Both the position numbers and the translations under genes were made by a program. Under the pieces are notes generated by a model. It ran no database searches. It worked only from the letters and a program-made list of their open reading frames with translations, and was not told where the DNA came from. From Octopus bimaculoides (taxonomy: Eukaryota): a DNA stretch of 64,000 nt. Positions 52,062 to 64,000 of the stretch are shown in pieces. Each line of letters starts with the position of its first letter. The stretch's first letter is position 1. The stretch lies in assembly GCF_001194135.2 (NCBI RefSeq), contig NC_068981.1:87923073-87987072 (forward strand). The letters run 5' to 3'.

Positions 52062-52205
52062 CTTTTTTTTACTGAAATCTTATATCACTTCCCATATAAA
52101 GCTTGTTACCAAAATAATTTAAGGTTTTTGTTTTGTTTTTAACATTTGTTCTGAACTGTTATTCTTTAATTTTTCTATAATTTGTAACTTGGTAATTTTT
52201 TTCAG

Positions 52206-52288
52206 CCAGCATCTGCTCGAGGTAAAGGTATCAGAGTTATTTATAAATGGAGCCAAATACCTAAAAGAAGACCCATAATAGTTCAAAG
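52206..52288 (+). CDS. TTLL4: TTLL4 coding exon 7
   Basis: PASARGKGIRVIYKWSQIPKRRPIIVQ; phase 0 to 2. Confidence 0.97.
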
Positions 52289-52377
52289 GTAAATATAAAT
52301 TATGATTTATAGATGGGGTGGTGGTGAATAAAAGAGTATTTCATCTGGTTTATATGCTTTCAATTTCTATTATTTAG

Positions 52378-52506
52378 GTATCTGTCTCGGCCGTTCCTTA
52401 TTAATAGTAGTAAGTTTGATATTCGTCTTTACATTCTGGTAAGCTCTTTCGACCCACTTCGAATATACCTGTATGATGATGGCCTGGTTCGATTTGCATC
52501 TTGCAA
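52378..52506 (+). CDS. TTLL4: TTLL4 coding exon 8
   Basis: YLSRPFLINSSKFDIRLYILVSSFDPLRIYLYDDGLVRFASC; follows an 89-nt intron. Confidence 0.97.
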
Positions 52507-53656
52507 GTAAGTACACAATTTAAACTTCACTAAAAATTTTATATCTTCTCAAATATTTTTGTTAAATGAGTTTAAGTTTACTAATTAGTGTTATTGTTTA
52601 TTTAAAAACAAATATCAGGGTTAGTTAGAATTAATCAAGCTTTCTTCTATGTGGGGGACAATTTTCACATCACAAGCCTGGGCCTTTATTACTCTGCATG
52701 TACATAATATAACAGTTTAAATTTTGGCACAGGGCCAGCAATTTCAAGGGAGGGACGGGGAAGTTGATAACATCGACCCTGGTGTTATTGACCTCAAAAG
52801 GATGAAAAGCTAAGTTGACTTTGGCAGAATTTGAATGTAGAATGTTAAAGACTTGACAAAATGCCACTAAGCATTTTACCTAGTGTGTTAATGATTCTGC
52901 CAGCTCACCTCCTTTGAATGTACAACATAATATAACTGATCTTGTGTCAGGTCTGTTGAAGACTATTCAATCTGTTTAATGATAATTTTTTACTGCTATC
53001 AATCTCTACTGAATTTTGTTAATAGTGATGTAGTTGTGCAAATAATGTTTGTACTCAACTTCACATCGTGATCTGGTTGTAAGCTTAGCAAAATAACAGG
53101 TGAAGTTAAGTATTTTCTGACTGTTTTCAGGTGCTAAATGACATTTTCAATTCCTATTTTTCTATATTTGCATGAATAAGACAATTAGTTGCAACTGATT
53201 TTCTATAGCCAAATGCCAAAAGTTACCTGCATTTAAGCAAGGTGATATTTTCCCGTGGTTAGACATGTTTCCTAGAAGATTTTAAATGAAGGGTGCTGTT
53301 TGTATGATGGTAACACATGCTTACAGCTATTGCGTGATATCAAGGCAAAGAGGCACACTTTGCATGCAGGCATGCATGCATGTGTGTGTGTGTATGTGCA
53401 ATGGTTCTTTTTAGCTTCTGTCTGCCAAATACACTTACAAGACTGGTTAGTCTGGGGCTTAAGTAAAAGAAAACTTGTCTAAGTAGGACTGAACCAGAAA
53501 CCATGTGGTTTGGGAAGAAAACTTAACATGACAATTAAAATTTAGATAAAATAATTGCCCTGGCTTTTTAGGTTACCCACTCTTAAAATATTTTGACAGA
53601 AATTATGAAGTGTCTCACACGATACATCATTTTTCAATAACCTTTTTTTCTTTTAG

Positions 53657-53776
53657 ATACACTACTGCTACCAGTAGTTTGAACAACCGCTGCATACATC
53701 TCACTAATTATAGTATCAATAAGATGAATCCATCATACTTAAATAACATGGGAGACAATTTCCAAGGCCATAAATG
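53657..53776 (+). CDS. TTLL4: TTLL4 coding exon 9
   Basis: YTTATSSLNNRCIHLTNYSINK...QGHKW. Confidence 0.97.
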
Positions 53777-55410
53777 GTTTGTATTATTTTTCTTTGTTTT
53801 AGTAGTACATGTGTGATAAATAAGAGCTGCTTTTGCTGTTACTATTTGTTGCAGCTGTATATTGTCAAAACGTATTATTTAAAACAGTATGAACAGTCTA
53901 ATCATGACTGATGTTAAATACCATACTCATATGTTATGCTTGGCTCCTATTATGAGCTATGAAACACCAAAAAAATATTGTATGTATAATGCGTACTTAT
54001 TTTGTGATGTATAGAAAAAGAAGTGTTTAGTTACATTTATTGTAGTTTCTAAGATATACTGGAAAAATCTGTGTTCTCAAAGTAGTAAGCAAATTAGAAA
54101 ATGACCTTTGGATAAAGTGTATCTGGTCTGAAGTCAACCTGTGAAAAGTCAGTGTGGGAAAGATGAAAAATACATAATGCATGTTAACACTTCCATTATC
54201 AAATTGGTTCATTCTATCAATGAAAATATAATGAGAGTGACAGTTCATTATAAGAATTACAGTATTTCAAGAAGAAAAAAAAAATTTTTTTTCACTTTAT
54301 TATTTCTTTAATGACATTATCTTTTTAGTATCCTTATTGATAAATCTTGACATTGAATAGCTCAGATAGGATTTTTGGTAATGGAAGTATTATTTTCCAA
54401 CTTTCTGTATTGAAAGTTGTTGGCAGTAATTCTGCAAGGTGTGCATCTACTAGCTGTTTTGAACAGGCAAAGGGTTAAATTTTGTACATATAACACTTCA
54501 AATATGAATGCCAAATTTCTTGCTTTTTATATTAAAATAATTGATATTTATTCACTTGGTGCTTGAACTAAGTTCTCTCTCTAACACACATTTCTCAACA
54601 TTATTGTGCCTCCTTAGTCAAAGTCTGTATAGCACATCTTATTTTGCTGTAGATGGTGAGGTGTGACTTGAGTTGCTCTTTGTGGCAGGTCAAGCAATCA
54701 CATAGATCATTATTTAAAAACGTTACAAGTGTAAATGAAATGTATTTTTCTATATTTTTGAAAAATCCTTTTATAGTTTTCTCTTAACCCATTACCTCCC
54801 ATAATTCTATTTACTGGAATTTTTTTTTATGAAACTTTGATTTCTAGCATAAAACAGCCTTAGAAACATATGCTGGAATGATCAAAATAACATTTTAAAT
54901 AGAAATAAGCGAGATATTGGGTGAAAAATTAGCAAACCTCATTTGAATATCAGAGAAATATACTTAGTAGATATAGCAAAAAGGTTAGATATGTGTAAAT
55001 ATTGACAAATAATTACGAAATTTGTAATTTTTAAGTGATCTAATATGAGATCACTGGTAGGGTTAATATAAGTGTATGAACTGAACTTTAATAAAATGAA
55101 TTACTTTTTATAACTGGTATTTTACTCATGTAGAATAGGATGTGGGATTATTACTTGAACATCTAATTATACTTTGAATGCGATTGTGAGTGGTTAAAGC
55201 AAAGATCACTTTGTAGGCTATGAGTTCAAATCTACAGGTCAAAAGTTGATTGTTGCTGTGTTTTTCATAATTATGAAATACCTAGTTTGAATGTTATTGG
55301 ATCAGAATCCACCACTCCTCTTGCTACTGGTTCTGGGCTCTGATTGCAGGCTGTTTATTCCACATTCTGATAAATTGTCTGCCCTGCTTTGAGCATTTTT
55401 TTTTCTCACT

Positions 55411-55445
<35 letters not shown>

Positions 55446-55570
55446 CCCCGTAGCCCTATCTGTCATGAAGTGTATATCTTTGACCAAAAAGGGATTCAAA
55501 GCTAGTTTTAGAGTTTCAATATGTTCTCCATTTCTTTTCATTAACTATTAAATACTTATATTCATTATAG

Positions 55571-55669
55571 GAGTTTAAAAGCTTTGTGGAGTTACTTGAA
55601 AAAACAAGGGATTAATAGCCAACCTATTTGGGAATCCATCAAAGATATAATAATAAAGACAATTGTAAG
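55571..55669 (+). CDS. TTLL4: TTLL4 coding exon 10
   Basis: SLKALWSYLKKQGINSQPIWESIKDIIIKTIV. Confidence 0.96.
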
Positions 55670-56761
55670 GTATGTCGAATTTAACATTTTATTTAATTAT
55701 CAATTTATAGTATCGTGTTGTACACCTGACTTCTATGACTTCATTTTTCATTTTCTTTGATGGAAGATTGTAAAATTTCTTGACTCATTCTAAACATTTA
55801 AATATTTTGAGTATTTTAAATGTTGAAATGTTTTATTGTAATATGAAATGGAAATTTGAATATTTAATATATGAAATAGAAATATCATGCATATTAATAA
55901 AATGGAAATTAGGATTATTGAAATGTTTAGCAAAGCAAAATGTGTAAATATAGAAGTACATATGTAAGAGAATTAAACTGTAAAAACTCAGTGGTATTCA
56001 AACCTGGGTCTTCTCATTGATGCCTCAGTATAGTGATTGCTGTTTCTATGCCTCTGCAATGAAATCCATTTCCTATATTAACATCTTTACTACTGTGTGT
56101 GTCAAATTCAGGGATTGTTTGGGGTTGACTTCAGCTTAGTATTTAGATTACGCTGTCAAATGTAATACTTACTTATTTACGATTATTTTGATTAATCGCG
56201 CATTATCTCATAGCTTTGAGATTTCAATGGTGTGATTGTTTTATTTTTTTTTACGATGGAATTGTTGGACAGGTGTGAGAGGCCAGATCTGGCTGATTTG
56301 AACATAAATCAGGTAGAATATTTGGGCCAGATATGGCTGTCAAGGGGTTAACTTGTGAAATGTCTTCCTAATGATGTGAGTGCTGACAATCTACCCAGTT
56401 TACTCAGATAATTCTAAAGAATGATCTAAACATTTCACATGTTACATATTTTATTTTATATTGGTACAATAACGTCATTGGTTGAGACTTCTAGTGAGTC
56501 AACCATCAACTGTTTCATTGCATTTGTATTGGTGAAAGTGACAATGAAACATCTGTGCAAGTCAGGCAAAGCAAATGCCTGCCAAAAAACAGTTTTGTTT
56601 GAAAGCACCTGTAAAGTGATTGGTGTTAGGAAGAGCATCCAGCTGTAGAAATTAAGTCAAATCAGACTGGAATCCAGTGCAGCTCTAGTCAAACCGTCCA
56701 GCCTATGCCAGCGTGGAAAATAAACATTAAATGAGGATCACACACACACATCTACATATAT

Positions 56762-57147
56762 ACTCTTTTACTTGTTTCAGTCATTTGACTGCGGCCATGC
56801 TGGAGCACCGCCTTTAGTCGAGTAAATCAACCCAAGACTTATTCTTTGTAAGCCTAGTACTTATTCTATCAGGCTCTTTTGCCGAACCGCTAAGTGACAG
56901 GGACATAACACACCAGCATTGGTTGTCAGGCAATGCTAGGGGGACAAACACACATATATATATATGTACATATACATATATATGATGGGCTTCTTTCAGT
57001 TTCCGTCTACCAAATCCACTCACAAGGCTTTGGTCAGCCCGAGGCTATAGTAGAAGACACTTGCCCAAGGTGCCACGCAGTGGGGCTGAACCCGGAACCA
57101 TGTGGTTGGAAAGTAAGCTACTTACCACACAGCCACTCCTGCGCCTA
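56762..57147 (-). mobile_element. Full-length bipartite tRNA/CORE SINE with central microsatellite
   Basis: tRNA/CORE half at 56975-57147 and second half at 56762-56960; the second half also occurs at ~11940-12130, 16740-16880 and 23600-23800. Confidence 0.75.
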
Positions 57148-57684
57148 TGATGAACTTCCTTAGATCTGTCTTCTAAATTTCACTTGGAAGGTAATTGTCA
57201 ACATGAGGCTGTTAGTAGAAGATACTTGAGTAAGATTCTGTGCAGAGGGAATGACATTCTTAAATCTTTCATGACCATATTGCTATTGAGGCATTCTGTG
57301 GGATTTCCTAAATTAAGATTTTCAGAATATAACTTAACAAAAGGTTCTCACATAAAATTATGTTGGAAGGCTTCAATTTAAATATTACCACTTTATGAGG
57401 ATGTTTTGTATCATAGAAACAAGAGCTGTCTCAGGTTGATTGGTATCAAAAGAGTTAGCTACACAACCATCCCTGTCTGTAGGTATAATGTTTGAACATA
57501 ATCTACAATGGTTCTTATGTTTTTATTCTCTTGCTCTCTACTTTTTTTTTATATATCTTCAAAGCATGTATTTGCTCTTCATTGTTAGATTAATAAATAA
57601 ATAGATTTAATTCATTATTGACTTGCTTGGTTTCAATTTAATTTTGAATTTTAATCAGTACTTGAACTGTTTTATTTGTCTCAG

Positions 57685-57819
57685 TGGTGAAGCTGTTGTT
57701 TGCAGTATGACAAGAGCCAACTTGAAATCACCTTATTCAGTCTATGAATTATTTGGCTTTGATATTATCTTAGATGAGTATTTGAAGCCATGGCTATTGG
57801 AAGTCAACATTTCACCAAG
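57685..57819 (+). CDS. TTLL4: TTLL4 coding exon 11 (catalytic ExN motif)
   Basis: YELFGFDIILDEYLKPWLLEVNISP. Confidence 0.97.
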
Positions 57820-58619
57820 GTAATTTTATTTTATTCTTTCAGTTAGTTTGAAATATTTCTATGTTGACTCATTTCTATTAAAGTAGTTTGTGCAACAGGG
57901 AAAGCTTTGACATGGATGTCTGATCTGTTGGAAGTAACAAGCAAATCTCTAAATCACACCATACTGTCTTAACCCTTTTGTTACTAGATTTCTGACCAAA
58001 ATACACCCCTCAAGTGACTTCATGAGTACTAGTGCCACAAAACAAAAAAACAAAAAACAAAAGACACCCGGTTACTCAGTACACTCTATAAAAGTAGTTG
58101 GCATTAGGATGGGCATCTGGCCATAGAAATCTTACCAAAGCAGATATTAGAGACCAATACAGCTCTCAGGCTAGTTGATCTCTGTCAATCTGTCTAACGA
58201 ATGCCAGTATGGAATATGTTCATTAAATGATGATGACATAGAGTGGGCCAGAAGTCACGAAGGGATTTAAATTTTGATAATTTATTTTATTTTTTTTTGT
58301 ATTTCTATTTACAGATTTTTTTTCCACACTAAACATACGTTATTTTTTATAAGGTACTGTCTACAATGCTTTGGTACTGTACATTGAAAACCGAAAATAA
58401 AGGAGTTATTAAATATTGAAATCCTTTTGTGACTTTTGGTCCACTCTGTGTGTATGTGTGTATAATATATGGCTGTTTGTAAGGGTAATTTACCCAATGT
58501 TTCTGCTGTTCTGATGGCATCTCTGTGCTTGAAAATAAATTATCATCTTATTTTTGTCTTGTAATAGGCATTTTGGTGCTTATGATAAAAATAAATGTTT
58601 GTTTATATTTATATACATG

Positions 58620-58662
<43 letters not shown>

Positions 58663-58977
58663 GGAATCTCTTGGCAAAGACAATGTATAAATGTTTAGTT
58701 TTTGATTCTTTTTTCATGCTGAATAACCTGCACAAATGATTTGTTTTTAGTGAGCAAATGTATGTACTGTATATTAGCTCACTCCCTCCATTAAATCATT
58801 GTTGACTGAATAGGTGCACAGTGTACTATTTTGGTGTCCATTTTTTGTTTAAAAAGTATATGATCCATAAATTGTGGATGAAACTTGTACATGCATGGAA
58901 GGCCAACAGAAAAAGATATGAAGTTTGTAAAAAAAAAATTCTAAATAGTTAACAATAATGGTATTCTCTTATTTCAG

Positions 58978-59109
58978 TTTGCATTCCAATACTCCATTAG
59001 ATGTGAGTATCAAAGAGCCTATGGTATGTGATGTATTAAATATTGCAGGTTTTCACTTACCTGCAAAAGATGATTTAGTAACCAATGTCGTGAATAATCA
59101 CTCAGAAAA
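58978..59109 (+). CDS. TTLL4: TTLL4 coding exon 12
   Basis: LHSNTPLDVSIKEPMVCDVLNIAGFHLP. Confidence 0.96.
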
Positions 59110-59594
59110 GTAAGTGAGATGATCATGGTTATTGTATTTGTTGTTGTTTATTTTGTCACAGTGTAGATGGAAAATGCACCAGATTATTTAGTCATCTGTC
59201 AGATCACAACAAGGGCCTCAAACAGATAATACTTTTCTTTAAAAGATGCACAGTATCTAGCAAGCTGATAAGTCTTGAAAGTTTTAATGGGATTACCTCC
59301 ATATCATCCAGTTCTAAAATCCCCAAATACTTGTATCCACTATCATTTATTGGATATAATTTCTATAGAAAATCTGTTGAGATAACCATAACAGGTGATG
59401 TAATAGCACTGATAACACAGTAGAACACAATAATTATAAAAACGTTTAATATACTTTGCAGTATATTATGGTTGTATAACAAAATACGGTCTCCCTACAG
59501 GTCATTAATATTTATGTAGTCTTTGTGTGTGGCAGATGCACAAGTACAATAAACTCTAGAAATATACAGAAAATAGTCTCCATCGTGCCAGTGG

Positions 59595-60435
59595 GAATAC
59601 CTAGAAGTAGTTGTTGGCTTTCATTATCTAGGTGACCAAGTCAGCATTGGAGGTGAATGCTCCGAGAGCATAGCTGCTAGAATAAAAATAGGTTGGGCAA
59701 AGTTCAGAGAGCTTCTACCTTTGTTGGCTATGAAGGGCCTCTCTCTCAGAATGGAAGGCAGATTGTATGATGCCTGTGTGCGAACAGCTATGCTACACAG
59801 CACTGAAACATGGGCTGTGACTGCAGATAACATGTGAAGGCTTGGAAGAAATGAATCTGATATGTTCTACTGGATGTGCAATGTTAGTGTGTGTGTATGA
59901 CAAAGTGTAAGTGTCTTGAGAGAAAAATTGGATTTAAGTGGCCTCAGATGTGGTGTCCAAGAGAGGTAACTGTGCTGGACAGTTGCATAAAGAAGTGCCA
60001 ATCTCTGGAGGGAACCTGTGGAAGAGATAGTCCCAGGAAGAAATGGGTCAAGGTGGTGAAGCTTGATCTTTGAATGTGGGGTCTCATCAAGATGATGAGA
60101 CAAGTGATCATGACTTTTGGCAATTTGCTGGGCTTGAGTAGACCCACCAAGCCATGTAAAATTGCAGTAGCGGCCAGTGTTGGTGACCCATAACAGCATC
60201 CTTGCCAGTGACATGTAAAAACACTTGTGCCAATGACACATAAGAGCACCCATGCCAGTAACACATAAAATGCATCCACTGTACTCGTGGAGTGGTTGGG
60301 ATTAGGAAGGGTATCCAGCTGTAGAAACCAAACCAAAATCAGACTGGAACCTGGTGCAGCTCTTCAGCTTACCAGTTCCAATAAAACCATCTAATTCATG
60401 CCAGCATAGAAAGTGGACATTAAATGATGATGATG
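59595..60435 (+). mobile_element. 5'-truncated RTE-clade LINE (RT C-terminus plus 3' UTR)
   Basis: FHYLGDQVSIGGECSESIAARIKIGWAKFRELLPLLAMKGLSLRMEGRLYDACVRTAMLHSTETWAV, ending in a (GAT)n tail. Confidence 0.85.
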
Positions 60436-60876
60436 TACCAGCTTCCAGGAATGTGTTTAAAATCGTTGGTGTTAAGGACACCCAGCTGTAGAAACTATGC
60501 TACATCAGACAATTTGGAGTCTGGACAGCTAGCCTGTCAAACTGTCCAACTCATTCTAGCATGGAAAATAGATGTTAAACGATATGTGTGTGTGTGTTCA
60601 TCCCCCTACACTGGTTGACAACTGGTGTTGGTGTATTTACATCCCTGTAAACATAACAACAATTTCAGGCAGGTTCATATCTAAAGGGTTAGCCATTTGT
60701 TTCACATTGCTTCTTATGTATTCTTTTGTAAATGACATGAGCAGCTCAACTTTCTATTTAACCTGCACCTGCAACCCCCAGCTTCTTTGTTTCTTGTGAC
60801 GATAATTATTAATCTAATTAAAATACTTTGTACCTTTCATGGTTATTTCTGTAATTTTTTTTTTTTTTTTTTTTAG

Positions 60877-60991
60877 TGGTCAGTATAAGCCTCCTAACAA
60901 ACTCTGCTTGGATAAACGTCTATACAGTACATGCATATCCACTGATGAGAAAGCAAAGCACTCTTACTATTCTCAACACAGACTAGACCAG
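60877..60991 (+). CDS. TTLL4: TTLL4 coding exon 13
   Basis: GQYKPPNKLCLDKRLYSTCISTDEKAKHSYYSQHRLDQ; strong acceptor, donor CAG|GTGAGG, phase 2 to 0. Confidence 0.9.
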
Positions 60992-61899
60992 GTGAGGAGA
61001 AGTTAATGTTCTTTGTTTTATTTTGATTTATTCATCATCATCGTTTAACGTCCGCTTTCCATGCTAGCATGGGTTGGACGATTTGACTGAGGACTGGTGA
61101 AACCGGATGGCAACACCAGGCTCCAGTCTGATTTGGCAGAGTTTCTACAGCTGGATGCCCTTCCTAACGCCAACCACTCAGAGAGTGTAGTGGGTGCTTT
61201 TACGTGTCACCCGCACGAAAACGGCCACGCTCGAAATGGTGTCTTTTATGTGCCACCCGCACAAGCCAGTCCAGGGGCACTGGCAACGATCTCGCTCGAA
61301 AATCCTACAGGAGCCAGTCAGGCGGTACTGGCAACGGCNNNNNNNNNNCCCGCACAAGCCAGTCCAGGGGCACTGGCAACGATCTTACTTGGCTTGCCGG
61401 GTCTTCTCACGCACAGCCCATTTCCAAAGGTCTCGGTCCGTAGTCATCGCCTCGGTGAGGCCCAATGTACGAAGGTCTTGCCTCACCACCTCAGCCCAGG
61501 TCTTCCTGGGCCTACCTCTTCCACGGGTACTGAATTCATTTCAATTTATGCCCCCCCCCCCCAAATGGAATCTTGTTGGTATATAAATAGGTGCAGGCAT
61601 GACTATGTGCTTAAGAACCTTGCATTCTAACCATGTGGTCCTGGGTTCACTCCTACTGCATGGAACCTTAGGCAAATGTTTTCTGCGATAACCCCGGGCT
61701 GACCAAGTCCTTGTGAATGGATTTAGTAGATGGAAACAGAAAGAAGTCCATTGTGTGTACATGCACGCGTGTATGCGTGTACCTTTGCAGTGGCATCATG
61801 TGATGGTTGTAAATGAGCATCACCATCATACAAGCAGTGTTGTTTTTTCCATTCTGCCATTAAAAACATGCCTGGCTATGGAGAAATATTACCATGATT

Positions 61900-63400
61900 G
61901 GAAACAGAAAGATATGAGAAGATTCCAGAGGCCTGATGTTCTGGGGATGAAGGATTTGGATAGTGCCCAGTGTGGAGCCTGGGAAATTTGACGTAAGGCT
62001 GATAGGAGGAGGAGAGATGAGTAGGATAAGAATGTGGAGCAAGTACAAGAAAGTCAGTTCTGTGTAGCAGAGGACATTATTAGTAGTGATAGGAAAGACA
62101 GAGGTGACCTGATGCTTGTGGGCCAACAGCTGGAGCATGTCTTGAATCATTTAATACCGGTCAGTTAAGTGGCCCTTCTCTGGATATAGTCCAGGATGTC
62201 TGTATGTAGTAGCAGTGTTGACCCAGATGCTGAGCAGCAATGCTCCATTGCAAGCCTCATTTGAGCGGAAATATTTTCTGTCCCTGAAGAGTCTTTGGGA
62301 TGCAGTCCTAATTATGTTAATAATGTGCTCTCACCAGGAGAGATCCACAGCATTTGGAGTGATCATGAGGTCTGTAATTGAGAGCTGCTCGTTTCGGTAG
62401 GGTGGATTGGGGTGTGATAATGTTTTCTTGATATGAGTCTTTTGCTACTAAAAGAGATACGATTGGCATAGCATCCCATTATAGGATGCTTGAAGTCTCC
62501 TTGTATCAAATCAGTGCAAATATGGTGTCAGCTGCAAGTGGATGATGCACGGTTAGGGAAGATTAAGGAGGAAGGATGTGCTATATCATTTGTATAAGAG
62601 TAACTGTTGTTAGATGTTGCAGCAAGTAGGTCGTTGTGCAGAAAGAAAAGAATAGGAGACAAAACTGAACCCTGGGGCACACCAGAATCTGTTAACAATC
62701 AGAAACTAGGAGCTTCTTTAGCATATGCTGCAATAGTGCAGTCTGCTGGGAAGCTGCCAATTCAAGAGATGAAGAGAGATATGTGAAGTTTTGAGAGACA
62801 ATTTGCATGGTCACAGACATGGTCAAAGGCTTTGTTGATGTCTAGGGCAACAACACAATGCTTTCACCAGTCATCTGTATGGCAAGAACTCACTGATGAG
62901 TGACACAAAGATGTAGTTTGCTGGTGGATTTGGCTCTGTGGAAGCTCTACAAGTGTTCATTGAAGAGATACTCTAGGTGTTGGAGATATCATTGTTAATG
63001 CACTGTCTCCTTCATCTAAAAGACGTTAAGAGTGCAATAGGACTCATCTGGATTGCCATTTCTTTGGAATGGAACACACTGAAGCAAGCTTTTCAAATGT
63101 CAGAATATGTCCTTGTAGAGATTGGGAGAATAAAGAATTGAGTTAGTGTACGGGTAAGGTCTGGAGCACAGTGCTTGAGTGTTATAGAAGGAACATTGTC
63201 AGGGCTGGTGACTTTGTTGGTTTGAAGTAGCTGCCAGTTTTCTGCATTTGGCATGAGTATATGCCAGATGGGGAGCCTGAAGGAGTGGATGGGGATAGAT
63301 TTTGAGAAGATAGGTAAAAAATGTGGGGTTGAATGCAAAGCAGGTAGTGAATCAATAGTGGTGGTTGAAGTGATTATAAACTTTCTTGTTTTGTGGTTGA
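61900..63400 (-). mobile_element. CR1/Jockey-group LINE reverse-transcriptase relic in TTLL4 intron
   Basis: Minus-strand motifs SPDNVPSITLKHCAPDL, VALDINKAFD (62821-62850) and VPQGSVLSP (62660-62680); many lesions. Confidence 0.7.
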
Positions 63401-63463
63401 TGAATAGTGATTTTTTTTGTTGTTTTCAGCATTTAAAATATTAAACTAATTTTATGATTATAG

Positions 63464-63674
63464 CAAATCCAGGAGACTATCTTAGATATTTTAACACCTT
63501 ATGACATTCGAACTTTGATTTTGACTCTTGATGAAGAAAAGCGATGTGGAAATTTTGAACGAATATTTCCAACGAGTTCTACCACAAAATATTTACGTTT
63601 CTTTGAACAACCACGATACAGCAACCTGCTGCTAGATCAGTGGTTCTCTCAATTCCCCAAGACAAATACACAAG
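63464..63674 (+). CDS. TTLL4: TTLL4 coding exon 14 (gene continues beyond window)
   Basis: ILDILTPYDIRTL...FERIFP...YLRFFEQPRYSNLLLDQW matches TTLL4; donor G|GTAAAG. Confidence 0.96.
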
Positions 63675-64000
63675 GTAAAGGAACCTTTTTTTTTATCCCA
63701 AATTAGTACATTTATGAAAAAGATGTTTTTTTTTTTTAAGAATTTATTACTTTGTATTTGAATAATCTTTACTGAGTAAATACCCTTAACTCTTCCTGTG
63801 TTGCTAACCAGAATATACTGCTTATATATTTCAATTAAATTTAACTCTTTAGCAATATAAACCAGTCATATCTGGTCAAAACAACCTACCTGTTTTATCT
63901 TCAGACTGGCAAGATCTAGCTTTTTACACTTATGCTGCAATGTCATTCTAAAAATAAATAATCACATTATTTACATTTGACGGATATTTGTCCTCATCTT

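Noticed and set aside
61257-61385. Direct repeat on both sides of the 10-N gap
   Set aside because: Probably a contig-overlap artefact or the element's own internal repeat.
10418-61760. tRNA genes or a CRISPR array
   Set aside because: tRNA-like A/B boxes belong to SINE heads without full cloverleaves; there is no regularly spaced repeat-spacer array, and the DNA is eukaryotic.

Overview
AT-rich, microsatellite- and SINE-rich animal genomic DNA with five assembly gaps. The repeat families suggest an octopus (inference). The right half carries a + strand tubulin polyglutamylase gene, TTLL4: 14 coding exons from 38394 to 63674 splice in frame to 929 codons, and the gene continues past the window. 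Just upstream of its CpG-rich, triple-CCAAT promoter lies a full-length but disrupted Tx1/L1-clade LINE (29004-34152, 24-bp target-site duplication, TSD). The 3' tail of this LINE matches (28/30 nt) the tail of a Nin-domain tRNA SINE in the same window, pointing to a Tx1 LINE/SINE partnership. The left half has Penelope-like relics with minimal hammerhead motifs, several foldback or inverted-repeat elements (one with head-to-head telomere-like repeats), piggyBac-like MITEs, RTE- and CR1-like fragments, the probable 3' end of an unidentified + strand gene, and a weakly supported divergent - strand gene. No database searches were run; family names come from motif recognition.
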